From Torpedo marmorata (taxonomy: Eukaryota), in assembly GCA_977017645.1 (NCBI GenBank), contig OZ360222.1, positions 93,558,001 through 93,622,000 on the forward strand: 64,000 nucleotides of DNA. Reading direction: 5' to 3'. A program made the position numbers and the translations under genes. This document shows positions 63,242 to 64,000 of the stretch, piece after piece (positions within the stretch are counted from its first letter, which is position 1; every line of letters starts with the position of its first letter). The notes below the pieces were generated by a model, which saw nothing but the letters and a program-made list of their open reading frames with translations, did no database searches and was not told the DNA's origin.

Positions 63242-64000
63242 TATTTCACTTCTCCCAGTTCTAATTAAAATTCACCAACTGGAAGCGTGAACTGAGTTTC
63301 TGTCTTCACAGATTCTACCTGACTTGCTGAGCAATTCCCATATTTTCTATTTTTTTAAATATTCAGCACACAGAATACTTTGCTTTTGAATAAAGGCAAT
63401 TGCTACAGAGTAGGGCACCACAGCATGGGGCTCAGTAGCCAAAGACCTCACACCAGCCTGCAGGTGATTAGATAACGGGTCCAGGATTCATGAAGATGCC
63501 GATGGTGAACATGGCTCCAAAGGACTGTAGACACTGATGCTTCCTGATGCTTTATGGGTTTGGAACCAGGGATTGAGGAGGTGTGACGTGAATGCCCCAA
63601 GCAATGGTTCTCCCTGGAAGGACAGAAGGGTGTGCAGCTATGGAGGTTATGGGAGAGCAGGAAGCAGCGGGATCCACGGAGACTCAATGTCTTTGAAGGG
63701 GCTCTCTTTCTTTTCTTGATAGTGGTGAAGTATTAATGGCACATCTTTGTGTGCCTTTACATGGCAAAGGAAAAACTTTGTGTTTTTGTTACATAACAAT
63801 AAGCAGAATCTTGATATGGGCATCAACATTGCCATTTTGAAGCTCACCATTCCAACTGATAGACTCTTTTAAGCATACCTTGCTGAACATATTTTCAGTA
63901 TCCAGAAAATTTTCCAGCAGCATTCTATTAAGGAACTATTACCTATACAAAAACAAATTGCTGGTTTATTTCTTGCTCTTGCTGCCATTCTGCAGTTGTT

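Noticed and set aside
63430-63705. GC-richer block that might be an exon or LINE fragment
   Set aside because: No motif, splice pair or second copy could be supported.

Overview
Eukaryotic, AT-rich, transposon-dense intronic or intergenic DNA. The repeat set suggests a cartilaginous fish, probably a ray: HE1-type V-SINEs with CR1 tails, CR1 with an esterase ORF1, Rex1/Babar, Penelope and RTE (inference). No intact host gene, rRNA, tRNA gene or CRISPR array is supported. Most ORFs are decayed retrotransposon or transposase pieces, or spurious. Elements present: at least five young Rex1/Babar LINE copies, many CR1 fragments, a two-LTR Ty3/Gypsy element (tRNA-Trp PBS, ATAG TSD), other LTR relics, a Tc1 element, pogo/Tigger and hAT MITEs, L1-clade 3' fragments and Penelope remnants. 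Highlights: (1) a TA-flanked Tigger-like MITE at 44755-45219 carrying a captured 5' fragment of a host gene that resembles ACTR5/ARP5 (Pack-TIR-like capture); (2) minimal hammerhead-ribozyme-like motifs in Penelope termini; (3) a canonical spliceosomal intron in a CR1 5' UTR; (4) two local inverted duplications at 28.8-32.0 kb. All homology calls come from motif recognition by eye; no searches were run.
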